This document shows positions 8,402 through 17,661 of a stretch of DNA of 64,000 nt, in pieces. Every line of letters starts with the position of its first letter. Position 1 is the stretch's first letter. The notes below the pieces were generated by a model. It was not told where the DNA came from, made no database searches, and saw only the letters and a list, made by a program, of their open reading frames with translations. The DNA is taken from IMG/VR virus record IMGVR_UViG_3300014205_000177, positions 1 to 64,000 of that record, one strand, 5' to 3'. The position numbers and the translations under genes are program-made. This DNA comes from a virus (taxonomy: Duplodnaviria; Caudoviricetes).

Positions 8402-9036
8402 TGAAATATTCAGTAAATGACATAGTTCTAATCAAAAAAAACTTACAATTAGAAACGATTTATGGGAAACATATTGTTATTAATAGAATGATAACTTTTG
8501 CATCTGAAATAGGATATGTTGCAAAAATAATAGAAACAGAACCTGACGGTTATAATTTAGAAGGTAATAACTGTTTATGGACTGATGAGATGATTGAATG
8601 TTCTTTAAGTAAATCTTCAATATTAAAGAGTCTTTGTTCAGGATGTAACAAAGAATGTAGTCTAAGAAATATTCAACCATGTGACAATCTAAAAGAATTA
8701 ATGTTTTCATCGTTACTGTTATTCTCTAAAGATTTCAGAATGCCAGCCAGAGTAAGGGTAAGAGAAGGCAACGAACTTATATCCATACAAGACAGGTCTC
8801 AATTAAAAGAAGTTCTTTATTCTGCTAATAAATGGCATTATATTTCCGGATATAAAGTATTTGAAAATGACACACAGTTTAATTATTGTGTAAATAAGTT
8901 TTTCGAAAATTATGGACGTGGCTTAATAGTCATGTTAATGTACAACACAAAAAGAGTAAGATTAATTTCACCTAAAGAAACAAGTAGAATAAGTGGAGGT
9001 AGCAAAATCTTAACATTTGAGGAATGGAAAGATTGA
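8401..9036 (+). CDS. Paralog family A-related protein with C-terminal extension
   Basis: MKYSVNDIVLIK...WTDEMIE...CSGCNKEC...C. Confidence 0.6.
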   Translation: MKYSVNDIVLIKKNLQLETIYGKHIVINRMITFASEIGYVAKIIETEPDGYNLEGNNCLWTDEMIECSLSKSSILKSLCSGCNKECSLRNIQPCDNLKELMFSSLLLFSKDFRMPARVRVREGNELISIQDRSQLKEVLYSANKWHYISGYKVFENDTQFNYCVNKFFENYGRGLIVMLMYNTKRVRLISPKETSRISGGSKILTFEEWKD

Positions 9037-9175
9037 AAAATACAATATCAACTACATTTTTCTATAATTCAGAACCGTGATAAGTATATTTAGCAAAAAA
9101 TGACCACTTAACCAAAGGAGGTAGATGAAAAATAAAGATAGTCCTTAAAAATTGAACAATTTTTATTTTAGAGAC

Positions 9176-9203
9176 TTGAAAAAAATTAAAAATGGTGTAT
9201 AAT
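9176..9203 (+). promoter_or_regulatory. Putative sigma70-type promoter upstream of the Ubl operon
   Basis: TTGAAA-16 nt-TATAAT; the AT-rich context lowers specificity. Confidence 0.3.
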
Positions 9204-9417
9204 GAAAGTGTTATATATTGGGGATTATGATTCTTCAACTAAGTTATTTCTTGAACTTTTAAAAATGGGAAAGGAATACGAGTGGGGAACAGTACAAACG
9301 GCTGAAGAAGCCAAAACGTTAATTGACAAGTATGATGCCGTAACTTGCGGTGACGGCGTAGAATTTCACTGCAAAAAGCTCATAACTAAACAAAACCTAA
9401 CAAAAGGAGTATTCTAA
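9202..9417 (+). CDS. Small receiver-like/Rossmann-fragment hypothetical protein
   Basis: MKVLYIGD...AEEAKTLI..YDAVTC; stop overlaps the Ubl start (TAATG). Confidence 0.45.
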   Translation: MKVLYIGDYDSSTKLFLELLKMGKEYEWGTVQTAEEAKTLIDKYDAVTCGDGVEFHCKKLITKQNLTKGVF

Positions 9418-9854
9418 TGAGCACAAAATTCACTTGCGGAGCGAACGAACTCGTAAACAACAACTATGACGGCGAAGAAATCGGCGAAGTAATTCCGAAA
9501 ATCAAGGACATCCTCAACATTACCCGTGACCACCAGGTCACTGTAAACGGAGAAGAAGTCGATTCTGATTACGAAATTGAAGCCGGTGACAATATTGAGT
9601 TCGTGAAAAATGCCGGTCAGAAAGGCAACGATGAAGTTACTGTCAGTGTAGCTTTCGGAGCCAATGAAGTTGACATCGTTTCCCGTGACGGCTCTACCAT
9701 TTTGGAAGTTTTGGAACAGGCACAGCAGGTTCTCGGTCTGCGTAGCATGGACGACACCCAAATTCTTCGCAATGGTCAGAATGCTGGACAGCGTGACACC
9801 GTTAATAACGGCGACCGCATTGAAATCCAGAAAAATGCCGGTTCCAAGGGCTGA
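9417..9854 (+). CDS. Tandem ubiquitin-like (beta-grasp) protein with two Ubl domains
   Basis: Two ~70-aa repeats ending GDNIEFVKNAGQKG and GDRIEIQKNAGSKG; terminal Gly; lies beside E2, JAB and E1 genes. Confidence 0.85.
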   Translation: MSTKFTCGANELVNNNYDGEEIGEVIPKIKDILNITRDHQVTVNGEEVDSDYEIEAGDNIEFVKNAGQKGNDEVTVSVAFGANEVDIVSRDGSTILEVLEQAQQVLGLRSMDDTQILRNGQNAGQRDTVNNGDRIEIQKNAGSKG

Positions 9855-9874
9855 TACTAGGTAGTATCTTCCGC

Positions 9875-9909
9875 AAAGGAGTGGGGAAATTAAAACCCAC
9901 TCCTTTTTT
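9875..9909 (+). terminator. Intrinsic terminator after the Ubl gene
   Basis: AAAGGAGTGGG/CCCACTCCTTT stem plus T tract. Confidence 0.75.
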
Positions 9910-9937
9910 ATTTTAAATTTTAAAAAAGGATAATCAT

Positions 9938-10654
9938 ATGGCTTCCGAAACGTTTTATAAAATACAGGGTGGAGTAGTCTCACAGGTAAGAATAGAAGAA
10001 GGCTGTGCTTTTCCTCTTGATGAACTATTCTCTAATTTAGCAAAAGGTTTTGGTTCTTATTCTGGGATATTACCTTTTGGCTGTCTTTTGACAAGTTCCA
10101 TGAATGGAGCATTATGTTTTGTTACTCAAACACCTTCGAAGGTTTATCCAGTAAAATATTCCAGAACAAGAGGAGATGGAAAGTTATTCAATCTGCAAAT
10201 CAGCGTACCATTTGTTCAATACTACTTTGTTGTTGTTGAAGCAACCGGTGCTATAAAAAATGTATATATGTCTGTTACTAAAAAACCAGTATTAAATGAT
10301 GATGAAACGGTTTATACCCCGCCGTTTTTGAACATTTTTGATAGTGGAACTGGTAAGATATGTAATGGGCAAATGGCGGTTAACGTTTCATTACCGCTTA
10401 ATGTAAGAATCAATCAATATATGTCTGAATTTTATGTTTACAATTTCAATAATGACCTTAACGCAAAAATTCCTGCCGGATTATCTCAAGACCAAGGCAA
10501 ATATATGGAGGATTGGAGCAAGAAAACAGAAAAAAATCCGTTTTTTGGAGTCAGTAATGATGTTAATTATGAATATCTTATTGATGACAAAGGGAACCCA
10601 GCAACTATACTGAGTAGGACTTCTTGTATATTAAGGAGAGAAACTAATGGATAA
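9938..10654 (+). CDS. Prokaryotic E2-like conjugating enzyme (PRTRC protein B / E2 family D-like)
   Basis: PPFLNIFDSGTGKICNG motif with putative catalytic Cys; downstream FNNDL; gene context. Confidence 0.7.
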   Translation: MASETFYKIQGGVVSQVRIEEGCAFPLDELFSNLAKGFGSYSGILPFGCLLTSSMNGALCFVTQTPSKVYPVKYSRTRGDGKLFNLQISVPFVQYYFVVVEATGAIKNVYMSVTKKPVLNDDETVYTPPFLNIFDSGTGKICNGQMAVNVSLPLNVRINQYMSEFYVYNFNNDLNAKIPAGLSQDQGKYMEDWSKKTEKNPFFGVSNDVNYEYLIDDKGNPATILSRTSCILRRETNG

Positions 10655-10988
10655 AAAAGAAGCCCAAAAATATTTTGATAAGACTTTTAGTGATTTCATA
10701 AGAAATGGCAAACCAAAAAGTATTATTAATCTGATGAATTACAAAGTATCAACATCTGGTATGTTATATGCCAGAAATTGTGATATTTCTAAGCCAGCAA
10801 AATTACCGTTCAAAATCAATAAAAATATAATGGATTATAACCCAGAAATACTAATGATAGTATCAATCGAAAACAGTGACATGGGTGTCATATTTGACGA
10901 ATCTAGAAAATTCGAGGCAAACACAAAAATTACCGACGCAATAATGAAAAAATTAATGAAACCAAAACCAAAACAAGGAATGTTATAA
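10647..10988 (+). CDS. Hypothetical protein within the Ubl operon
   Basis: Overlaps both the E2 and JAB genes; SD AAGGAG. Confidence 0.65.
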   Translation: MDKKEAQKYFDKTFSDFIRNGKPKSIINLMNYKVSTSGMLYARNCDISKPAKLPFKINKNIMDYNPEILMIVSIENSDMGVIFDESRKFEANTKITDAIMKKLMKPKPKQGML

Positions 10989-11974
10989 TGGAGAAAGAAG
11001 AAGTTAAAATCGTTACAAAAGAAGAAAAACCAAAAGTTCAACTTCAGATGACGAAGATTGAAACAAAACCGCCAACTTATATTATCTTGGCTGGAGAAGT
11101 TACTCATCGTGATATCCCTGAAGCTTACGCTTATGTAATTGCCAAAGACGGCAACTATATTAAGAGAAAAAACTTTCTTTATTCAGCACTTTTCAAGATT
11201 GAAAAGAATCCATTACTCGGTGATGCTGATTCGTCAATGGTCACTTTTGATTCAACTATCAAAATTCCGCTTGAAATTTTTAAGGGAATTGAAAGACTTT
11301 TTTCTGAAATTTACAAAAAACATCAGTCAGAAGCCGCAGTCATTCTGTGGAGAAATTCAAACAACGATTGGTCTTTCCAAGTTCCAGAGCAGACCATAAG
11401 TGCAGCTTCGGTAAGTTATACGTCTGCCAAAAAATCACTGTATTATTTCAATGGTGAATTTGTAGAATCACTTCCTGCCGGAGATTGGAAACAATTGGGA
11501 AGCATTCATTCTCACGCAGCAATGGGCGCATTTCATTCTGGTGTTGATGACAAGGACGAATATAATTTCGATGGTATTCATATTACTATCGGAAGTTTTA
11601 ATGCTAATCAAAGGACATATTCGTGCAGATATATGTTTGGAGATGCAGTTCTTCCTAATCGTAAAATGTCAGATGTAATTGCCGGATGGGTCGAGGAGAC
11701 ATCCGGAGAATTATACCCTTCGGAAGTGCTGGCTCTATTTCAGAAGCCAGCGACATATACATACAAAACAGGGTCATACGACTCTTCAAATGTGAAAAGT
11801 TTTCCCGTAGCCCAATTGGGTTCTCAAACTACTACGATTTCGACGACGAAAGTCTCTACGAATACTATATCGGAGCAAAAAGCTCTAACACTTCCAGAAA
11901 AAGTAAATCCAGAACTACCAATTGGGGCTGGCGTGGACGACATTGATGGGGTTGTTATGCACGGAGAAGATTAA
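10988..11974 (+). CDS. JAB/MPN+ metallo-isopeptidase (PRTRC protein A-like)
   Basis: Upstream Glu (QSEAA) and SIHSHAAMGAFHSGVDDKDE, the HxH-x7-S-x2-D JAMM motif. Confidence 0.85.
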   Translation: MEKEEVKIVTKEEKPKVQLQMTKIETKPPTYIILAGEVTHRDIPEAYAYVIAKDGNYIKRKNFLYSALFKIEKNPLLGDADSSMVTFDSTIKIPLEIFKGIERLFSEIYKKHQSEAAVILWRNSNNDWSFQVPEQTISAASVSYTSAKKSLYYFNGEFVESLPAGDWKQLGSIHSHAAMGAFHSGVDDKDEYNFDGIHITIGSFNANQRTYSCRYMFGDAVLPNRKMSDVIAGWVEETSGELYPSEVLALFQKPATYTYKTGSYDSSNVKSFPVAQLGSQTTTISTTKVSTNTISEQKALTLPEKVNPELPIGAGVDDIDGVVMHGED

Positions 11975-11994
11975 TAACTACCGGTTTTAATATT

Positions 11995-12030
11995 ACCCCA
12001 TAAGCACTTGAGTGTTTTATGGGGTTTATT
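11995..12030 (+). terminator. Hairpin/terminator between the JAB and E1 genes
   Basis: ACCCCATAAGCAC-ttga-GTGTTTTATGGGGT followed by TTATT. Confidence 0.6.
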
Positions 12031-12066
12031 ATTTATTTAAATAATTTATTTTTATAAGGAGTAGAA

Positions 12067-12768
12067 ATGAAAATTGTAGTAGTTGGATTAGGCGGAATTG
12101 GTTCACATTTAGTTGAACCTTTATATCGTTATCTTCTTTCTTTGGGCAAGGAAGAATGTGAAAAGTTTGAAATATCGTTCGTAGATGGAGACAAATACGA
12201 ACAAGGGAATGCAGGTAGACAAACCTTTGCAGAATCCCTTATAGGGATGAATAAAGCAAAAGCCCAAGAAATGATTTTTAATTCACGATTTTCTGAAGGT
12301 TTAGTAAAAGTCTATGGGATTGAAGAGTACGTAGGAGAGGAAAATGTGAAATATATAATCCCAGAGGGTTCTATTGTATTTTCATGTGTTGATAATCATA
12401 CATGCAGAAGAATCCTTTCTCAACACTGTCAATCATTGAATGATGTAATTTTGATTTCCGGTGGAAACGAGCTTTATGACGGGAATGTTCAAACGTTCTT
12501 TCGGAAAGAAGGTAAAAACATGAACAAAACCATTGAAGAACGTCATCCTGAAATTGGAACCACAGAAGATGGAGATAGAGCTAAAATGTCCTGCGAAGAA
12601 TTGGCTCAAATTCCTGGTGGTGGTCAAGTAATCATTACAAATTTTGCCGTTTCATCGTTGATGTTAAACATGTTTTATTCATATCTTTCACAAGTGGAGG
12701 GGATTCACAATGTTATCGAAACGTTCTTTGATGTTAGAGGGAACAAGTTCCGCTCAGTCATCTCCTAG
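12067..12768 (+). CDS. ThiF/E1-family adenylating (ubiquitin-activating-like) enzyme
   Basis: VVVGLGGIGS, DGDKYEQGNAGRQ, CVDNHTCR, putative catalytic Cys in MSCEEL. Confidence 0.88.
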   Translation: MKIVVVGLGGIGSHLVEPLYRYLLSLGKEECEKFEISFVDGDKYEQGNAGRQTFAESLIGMNKAKAQEMIFNSRFSEGLVKVYGIEEYVGEENVKYIIPEGSIVFSCVDNHTCRRILSQHCQSLNDVILISGGNELYDGNVQTFFRKEGKNMNKTIEERHPEIGTTEDGDRAKMSCEELAQIPGGGQVIITNFAVSSLMLNMFYSYLSQVEGIHNVIETFFDVRGNKFRSVIS

Positions 12769-13126
12769 TGTTAAAACAATAGAAAACGTAAAAAAATGTT
12801 TAAGACGCTATAGGATAACAACTACACGTGATAAGATATACGGGATTATTTTAGATTCTAACCAAAAGATAATTGGACATTTCTTTAAACCGGTAGATTT
12901 TAAAAAAGAAGTATATGATTTGAACTTGTCTGGTGTTGATGTCTCTTATGGTGTGATTTTCTATAAAATTGTAGATAGAGCTTATTTTGAAAAGCTTATT
13001 GAAGGTTTATACAAATCAAATAAATCTGAAATGCAAAAATTTTTGAAAATTATGAGAATTAGCTTATCTCTTAATTTTATAGAATTGCCAAAAGAAATTG
13101 TAATTATGAGTATGGTGAGGCTATGA
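12710..13126 (+). CDS. Hypothetical protein; paralog of 13123-13467
   Basis: IYGIILDSNQKIIGHF / FEKLIEG vs IDGIIIDEKGGIVGHI / FEKLLEG; start uncertain. Confidence 0.55.
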   Translation: MLSKRSLMLEGTSSAQSSPSVKTIENVKKCLRRYRITTTRDKIYGIILDSNQKIIGHFFKPVDFKKEVYDLNLSGVDVSYGVIFYKIVDRAYFEKLIEGLYKSNKSEMQKFLKIMRISLSLNFIELPKEIVIMSMVRL

Positions 13127-13467
13127 TTAAAAAACCTTGGAAATACATACCAGAAGGAACTTGTATAGATGGGATTATCATCGACGAAAAAGGGGGAATA
13201 GTTGGTCACATATATGACCAAGAACTTTTTGAACAAAGGTATGGATTAGGAGATGTCATAAGTAAAAATGGAAAAAGGGTTATGATTATTGATGGGATTA
13301 CTTTAAACAAAGGCTTTGAAAAACTCTTAGAAGGTTCAATGACACATGATGAAAGAATCCCAAGACGTAATGATTTCACATTAACAACCATGAAATATAT
13401 GGCAAATCGTGGCAAATTAACAATAAATACAAACTTTCAATTAATATGGGTAGAAAATTATGATTAA
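13123..13467 (+). CDS. Hypothetical protein; paralog of 12710-13126
   Basis: Shared motifs as above; ATGA overlap. Confidence 0.6.
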   Translation: MIKKPWKYIPEGTCIDGIIIDEKGGIVGHIYDQELFEQRYGLGDVISKNGKRVMIIDGITLNKGFEKLLEGSMTHDERIPRRNDFTLTTMKYMANRGKLTINTNFQLIWVENYD

Positions 13468-14344
13468 AATAGGTAATTTTGAATTGACACCGGAGATTAG
13501 AAAAATTCTATCTCTTGTTATGCAGCAAGAAAAACTTTCTGCTTATGCATTGTATTGTCAGACATTTAAAAAGGACCCTCAAAACGGTCTTATTGAGATT
13601 AAAGAACTTGTAGATTCTTTTCTTTTGGCATTAAAAGATAATCCTGAAGTAATACAAGAATTTATTCCTGAAAAAAGTTGTTCTAATTGCATTGGAACTT
13701 GCTCTAAGAGGGCTGAGAAACTTGCAAATGGTCCATGGACTGACACAGATGGTTTTGTAGGTCAGGATTGCGGAATGTTCATGGGGAAAAGTGAATTTGA
13801 ATCACTTGATAAACGTTCTATAAAATTTTCAACTTTGGGTATCGCTACTCCGACAAAACGATTAAAAACAATAGACTACTGTTTTGATGGTATTCTGCTC
13901 ATGATTATAATGGGCATTACCAAACCAAACGGTATAATAAAACACTTTATTAAAAGATTTATTGTAAACAAACAAAATCTTTCAAATCATATTCTCAAAA
14001 AGTTTGAAAATAAATACTTTTTGGTTGAAAATCCTGCAAAGTTTCCTGTTCTTGATTCTGTTATTACAGTAGGCAAGATAAGTCCAAATATAGGAGAAAC
14101 TTTTAAGGAATACAACAAAAGAGCTATTGCATTAATAAAACTGGAAAGAGAAAAGATAGTTAACGAAACAAGAAAACTTTCTCATGAAAAAGCTTTCGAC
14201 GAATTAATTAAATTACTTGGAAAATGTTCTGAAGAATATTTCAAAGATTCTTGTGGAGGGGATGTTAGCACTTTTATGTCTTTCTTATTCCCCGATAAGG
14301 ATGTTTGGGGTGCTTTAGAATCAGAAAGGCGTAAAAGAATATGA
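13460..14344 (+). CDS. Hypothetical protein translationally coupled to the RT
   Basis: 294 aa; CSNCIGTC...C cluster; stop overlaps the RT start (ATGA). Confidence 0.7.
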   Translation: MIKIGNFELTPEIRKILSLVMQQEKLSAYALYCQTFKKDPQNGLIEIKELVDSFLLALKDNPEVIQEFIPEKSCSNCIGTCSKRAEKLANGPWTDTDGFVGQDCGMFMGKSEFESLDKRSIKFSTLGIATPTKRLKTIDYCFDGILLMIIMGITKPNGIIKHFIKRFIVNKQNLSNHILKKFENKYFLVENPAKFPVLDSVITVGKISPNIGETFKEYNKRAIALIKLEREKIVNETRKLSHEKAFDELIKLLGKCSEEYFKDSCGGDVSTFMSFLFPDKDVWGALESERRKRI

Positions 14345-15519
14345 TTATAACTACTCCAGATAAAAATATAACAGATTTTTTTGAAAAAGTTTCAAGGAAA
14401 GACCTTTTTAAGTGTTCCCTAAGACGTTATATTTTGTCTGGGGAATCTATTAATAATTGCCCTAGTAATTATAAAATTACAAGATGTGTAGAATCAGTAG
14501 ATACAATTAGAAAAATAATGGATGGAGAAATATTCCAAGGTAGGAATAGTGAACTTTCATTTTTTGATGATAGTGTTGTTTTTCTTGAATTAAACAGGAA
14601 ATACAATCTTCTTGTAATAAAAGATAAAATTGACGGAATTAAATTATTAGCAGAAAGACTGGGGGAAAATCCAGAACTTATTCGTACAATTCTTGAAGAA
14701 GGAACAGATAAGTATTATCACACTTTTAATATTTGGAAGGATGAAGCTCGTACTAAAAAACGTACCATCTCTGCCCCAAATCAAGATTTAAAAAGGATTC
14801 AGGGTAAAATCTTAAAAAGTTTTTTATATATGTTTGGGACTACAACACAGTCTCATGCTTTTGTCCATGGTAAAAGCATCGTTACAAACGCAATTCCACA
14901 TTTAAGCAGAAAATATATATTGAAAATGGACCTTAAAGATTTTTTCCCATCAATAACTAAAGATATGATTATTGGTGCTTTATATCCGTTTTTAATGAGA
15001 AAACATTACTCTTATATAGATATAATTGCTGAATTGTGTTGTTTGAATGGCGTTTTACCTCAAGGTGCTCCCACAAGTCCTGCCTTATCAAATATTATTG
15101 GAGGATATATTGATGTTTGTATAGAGTATGTTCTTGAAAAATACAATATAAGAGCATATACTAGGTATGCTGATGATATGACTTTTAGTAGTAATGTAAA
15201 AATAAATCCAAAATTTATGAAATGCATTTACGTTATCATTAAAAAATTAGGATTAAAAGTAAACAGTTCAAAGACAAAAATTTATTCAGTAGGAATGAGG
15301 CATAAGGTTACTGGAATTATAGTTAATGGTGAAACTTCATCAATACCCAGAAAAGAAAGAATGAAGTTCAGAGCTTTATTGCACAATATTCAAACGGGTA
15401 AGATACAAATAAATAACGAAATAAAGAACCATATAAAAGGGAAGTATAGTTTCTTTTTTATGGTTAATCCGGCACAAGCAGAAAAATTTAAATCAACAAT
15501 GGATGAAATACTATGTTAG
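14341..15519 (+). CDS. Retron-type reverse transcriptase
   Basis: KKRTISAP, region X NAIPH (NAxxH), DLKDFFPSI, LPQGAPTSPALSN, YTRYADD, region Y VTG. Confidence 0.92.
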   Translation: MIITTPDKNITDFFEKVSRKDLFKCSLRRYILSGESINNCPSNYKITRCVESVDTIRKIMDGEIFQGRNSELSFFDDSVVFLELNRKYNLLVIKDKIDGIKLLAERLGENPELIRTILEEGTDKYYHTFNIWKDEARTKKRTISAPNQDLKRIQGKILKSFLYMFGTTTQSHAFVHGKSIVTNAIPHLSRKYILKMDLKDFFPSITKDMIIGALYPFLMRKHYSYIDIIAELCCLNGVLPQGAPTSPALSNIIGGYIDVCIEYVLEKYNIRAYTRYADDMTFSSNVKINPKFMKCIYVIIKKLGLKVNSSKTKIYSVGMRHKVTGIIVNGETSSIPRKERMKFRALLHNIQTGKIQINNEIKNHIKGKYSFFFMVNPAQAEKFKSTMDEILC

Positions 15520-16118
15520 TCAATGCAAAATTTATGACCGAATTGGAGAAAAGCAAATGGCTTACATGGGTTCATACCATGTTAAAATTTATTCCAAAGG
15601 AAGACTTAGTTCTTATCCCAGAAATTACCATATATAGTACCTTGATTAGTGGCATTCACGATTCTTTTAATTTAAAAAATCCTGATTCTGATAAAACAAT
15701 TAATGGATTTTATAAGAATAGAGTTTGGGCTTTTGCTTGTCTAATTCAAGGTAAAACAATTGTTTGTACACCCAAAATAGCATTGTGTGTAAATCGTGAA
15801 AAGCAATTAAATATTAAAACTCCAATGGAGTTAACGTTTTTTCACGAAGTAGGACATTTTCATTTGTTTCATAATAGACCTTATAAAGCAATACTTTCTA
15901 CGGATGAAGATGACTCTGATTTTTATGCACTTGTTAAATATATAAAACTATTAAGAGAACTACCACATTTTAGGACTTTTGCTGAGTCTAAAAATGGGAG
16001 ACTTGCTGAAGATATTTATCGTAATTTTATTTCAAGTTATACTCATCTTTCTGATGCAGAACTTGCAATGCATATAGCAAAAGAGGTGTTTAAATGCAAT
16101 GTGACAACAACGACATAA
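15513..16118 (+). CDS. HExxH zinc-metallopeptidase-like protein (ImmA/IrrE-like)
   Basis: LTFFHEVGHFH followed by EDDSDFYA (ExxAD-like third-ligand region). Confidence 0.55.
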   Translation: MLVNAKFMTELEKSKWLTWVHTMLKFIPKEDLVLIPEITIYSTLISGIHDSFNLKNPDSDKTINGFYKNRVWAFACLIQGKTIVCTPKIALCVNREKQLNIKTPMELTFFHEVGHFHLFHNRPYKAILSTDEDDSDFYALVKYIKLLRELPHFRTFAESKNGRLAEDIYRNFISSYTHLSDAELAMHIAKEVFKCNVTTTT

Positions 16119-17146
16119 GACCAATCACTTTGGCTGGTTTTACTGGTCAAAGAGAGGTTGTTGATAGGGTTGAAAACGCTATTACAGCAGCTATAATTAA
16201 AAAGGATGCATTCCCTCATACAATTATGTCTGGTCCGCCTGGACTTGGTAAAACAACATTAGCATCTATAATTGCAAATGAAATGGATGTTCCATTAATA
16301 AAGATAATGGCAACAGCAATAAAAAATCCGTCAGATATAGAATCTATACTGGCTAAAATATCTAATTCTGGATATAATACAAATGGAGAAATAATAAACA
16401 GGGATTTACTTATCCCATCTGTTATTTTTATAGATGAAATACATAGATTACCATCTCTAATAACAGAACTTCTTCATACTGTTCTTGAAGACAATCTCAT
16501 ATCTTTAAAGAAAAAGAATTATGAATCTCAGTCAAATGAAGCTCAAGAATATTGGGTTCCTCGTTTTACCCTAGTTGGTGCTACCAATTATATGGGTCAG
16601 CTTCCAAAACCTTTTCTTGATAGATTTGCTTTACATTTCAACTTTGAATATTATTCTCTTGAAGATATAGTAAAAGTGTTATATAATTCATCAAAATCTC
16701 TAGGATATTTTATAAATGATGAAGGAATTTTAGAAATAGCAAAACGTTCTAGGGGTATTCCTAGAATAGCAAATAGATTTCTTTCTTTGTCAAATGATTA
16801 CACAATAGCAAAAACAAAAAAATTAGATACAGAAATTAATTTTGAATTTGTAAACGGAATGTTTAAAAAGGAGGGAATTGATGAAATAGGACTTGACAAA
16901 CGAGACAGAAAGGCATTATATTACCTTTCTACAATCCCAAGACCTATAGGTTCTAAATCATTAGCACAGGCTATTGATGAAGATGAAGATACTCTAGAGA
17001 ATAGTATTGAACCTTATTTGGTAAAACTTGGATTTATGGTAAGAACTCCTCAAGGTAGATATATTACCGAAGAGGGTAAAGAATATTTAGGTATTATTAA
17101 CAGGGGGCGGTTGCTCCCAAAAAAACAACAAGGAGACGTAAAATGA
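16094..17146 (+). CDS. ruvB: Holliday junction branch-migration ATPase RuvB
   Basis: IRP..L..FTGQ, GPPGLGKTT, FIDEIHRL, FTLVGAT, SRGIPRIANR, IEPYL..G...RTPQGR. Confidence 0.9.
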   Translation: MQCDNNDIRPITLAGFTGQREVVDRVENAITAAIIKKDAFPHTIMSGPPGLGKTTLASIIANEMDVPLIKIMATAIKNPSDIESILAKISNSGYNTNGEIINRDLLIPSVIFIDEIHRLPSLITELLHTVLEDNLISLKKKNYESQSNEAQEYWVPRFTLVGATNYMGQLPKPFLDRFALHFNFEYYSLEDIVKVLYNSSKSLGYFINDEGILEIAKRSRGIPRIANRFLSLSNDYTIAKTKKLDTEINFEFVNGMFKKEGIDEIGLDKRDRKALYYLSTIPRPIGSKSLAQAIDEDEDTLENSIEPYLVKLGFMVRTPQGRYITEEGKEYLGIINRGRLLPKKQQGDVK

Positions 17147-17652
17147 ACGTAGGACAAATGCTCGACGCAAAACCCAAAGTAAAAGAAACCACAGAACCAA
17201 AGATTGAAAGGGTTCCAAAAATCGAAGTAAGAGTTAATGGGAAATTAATTGACCCAACAAAACTTGCTACTAAAAAAGCAGAAGTTAAGGTTGATACTGA
17301 GCCCGAACGTGAACTGGACTATGATAAAAAATTGAGGAAATCTAATCTTGTAACAAGATTGAGAAAACTATCGGTGGACAAGAAAATGGTTTCATTTTTG
17401 GTGTTAACTCCAGCATCAACTACTGGAAGAAAAGTTCAAAGTGTAATTATGAAAGACTTTGAAGTAAAAGAAACATCAGAAAGCAAATTTATTATTACTG
17501 GAAGAGACATTGAACACGAAGTCAATGCAGATTTGGACTGCGGTTTGAATGTGACCAAACATATCTGTACATCTTCCAGAGAAAAAGAAGATTGCATTTT
17601 CAGGAGCTATCGTATTGACAGGATTCTTGGTCATACCATGACTTGGAGTTGA
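17143..17652 (+). CDS. WYL-like (SH3-barrel) domain protein, putative
   Basis: C-terminal FRSYRIDRI resembles the WYL RxFRxDRI signature. Confidence 0.45.
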   Translation: MNVGQMLDAKPKVKETTEPKIERVPKIEVRVNGKLIDPTKLATKKAEVKVDTEPERELDYDKKLRKSNLVTRLRKLSVDKKMVSFLVLTPASTTGRKVQSVIMKDFEVKETSESKFIITGRDIEHEVNADLDCGLNVTKHICTSSREKEDCIFRSYRIDRILGHTMTWS

Positions 17653-17661
17653 TTTAATATT

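Noticed and set aside
9414-9983. 189-aa antisense ORF over the Ubl gene, and similar antisense ORFs elsewhere (598-846, 35779-36054, 36322-36672, 57969-58319)
   Set aside because: Shadow frames opposite well-supported genes or tRNAs, with no recognisable motifs
14341-15519. RT as part of a DGR or group II intron
   Set aside because: Has retron region X/Y motifs; no maturase or endonuclease domain, no intron domain V seen, and no TR/VR pair differing at adenines was noticed
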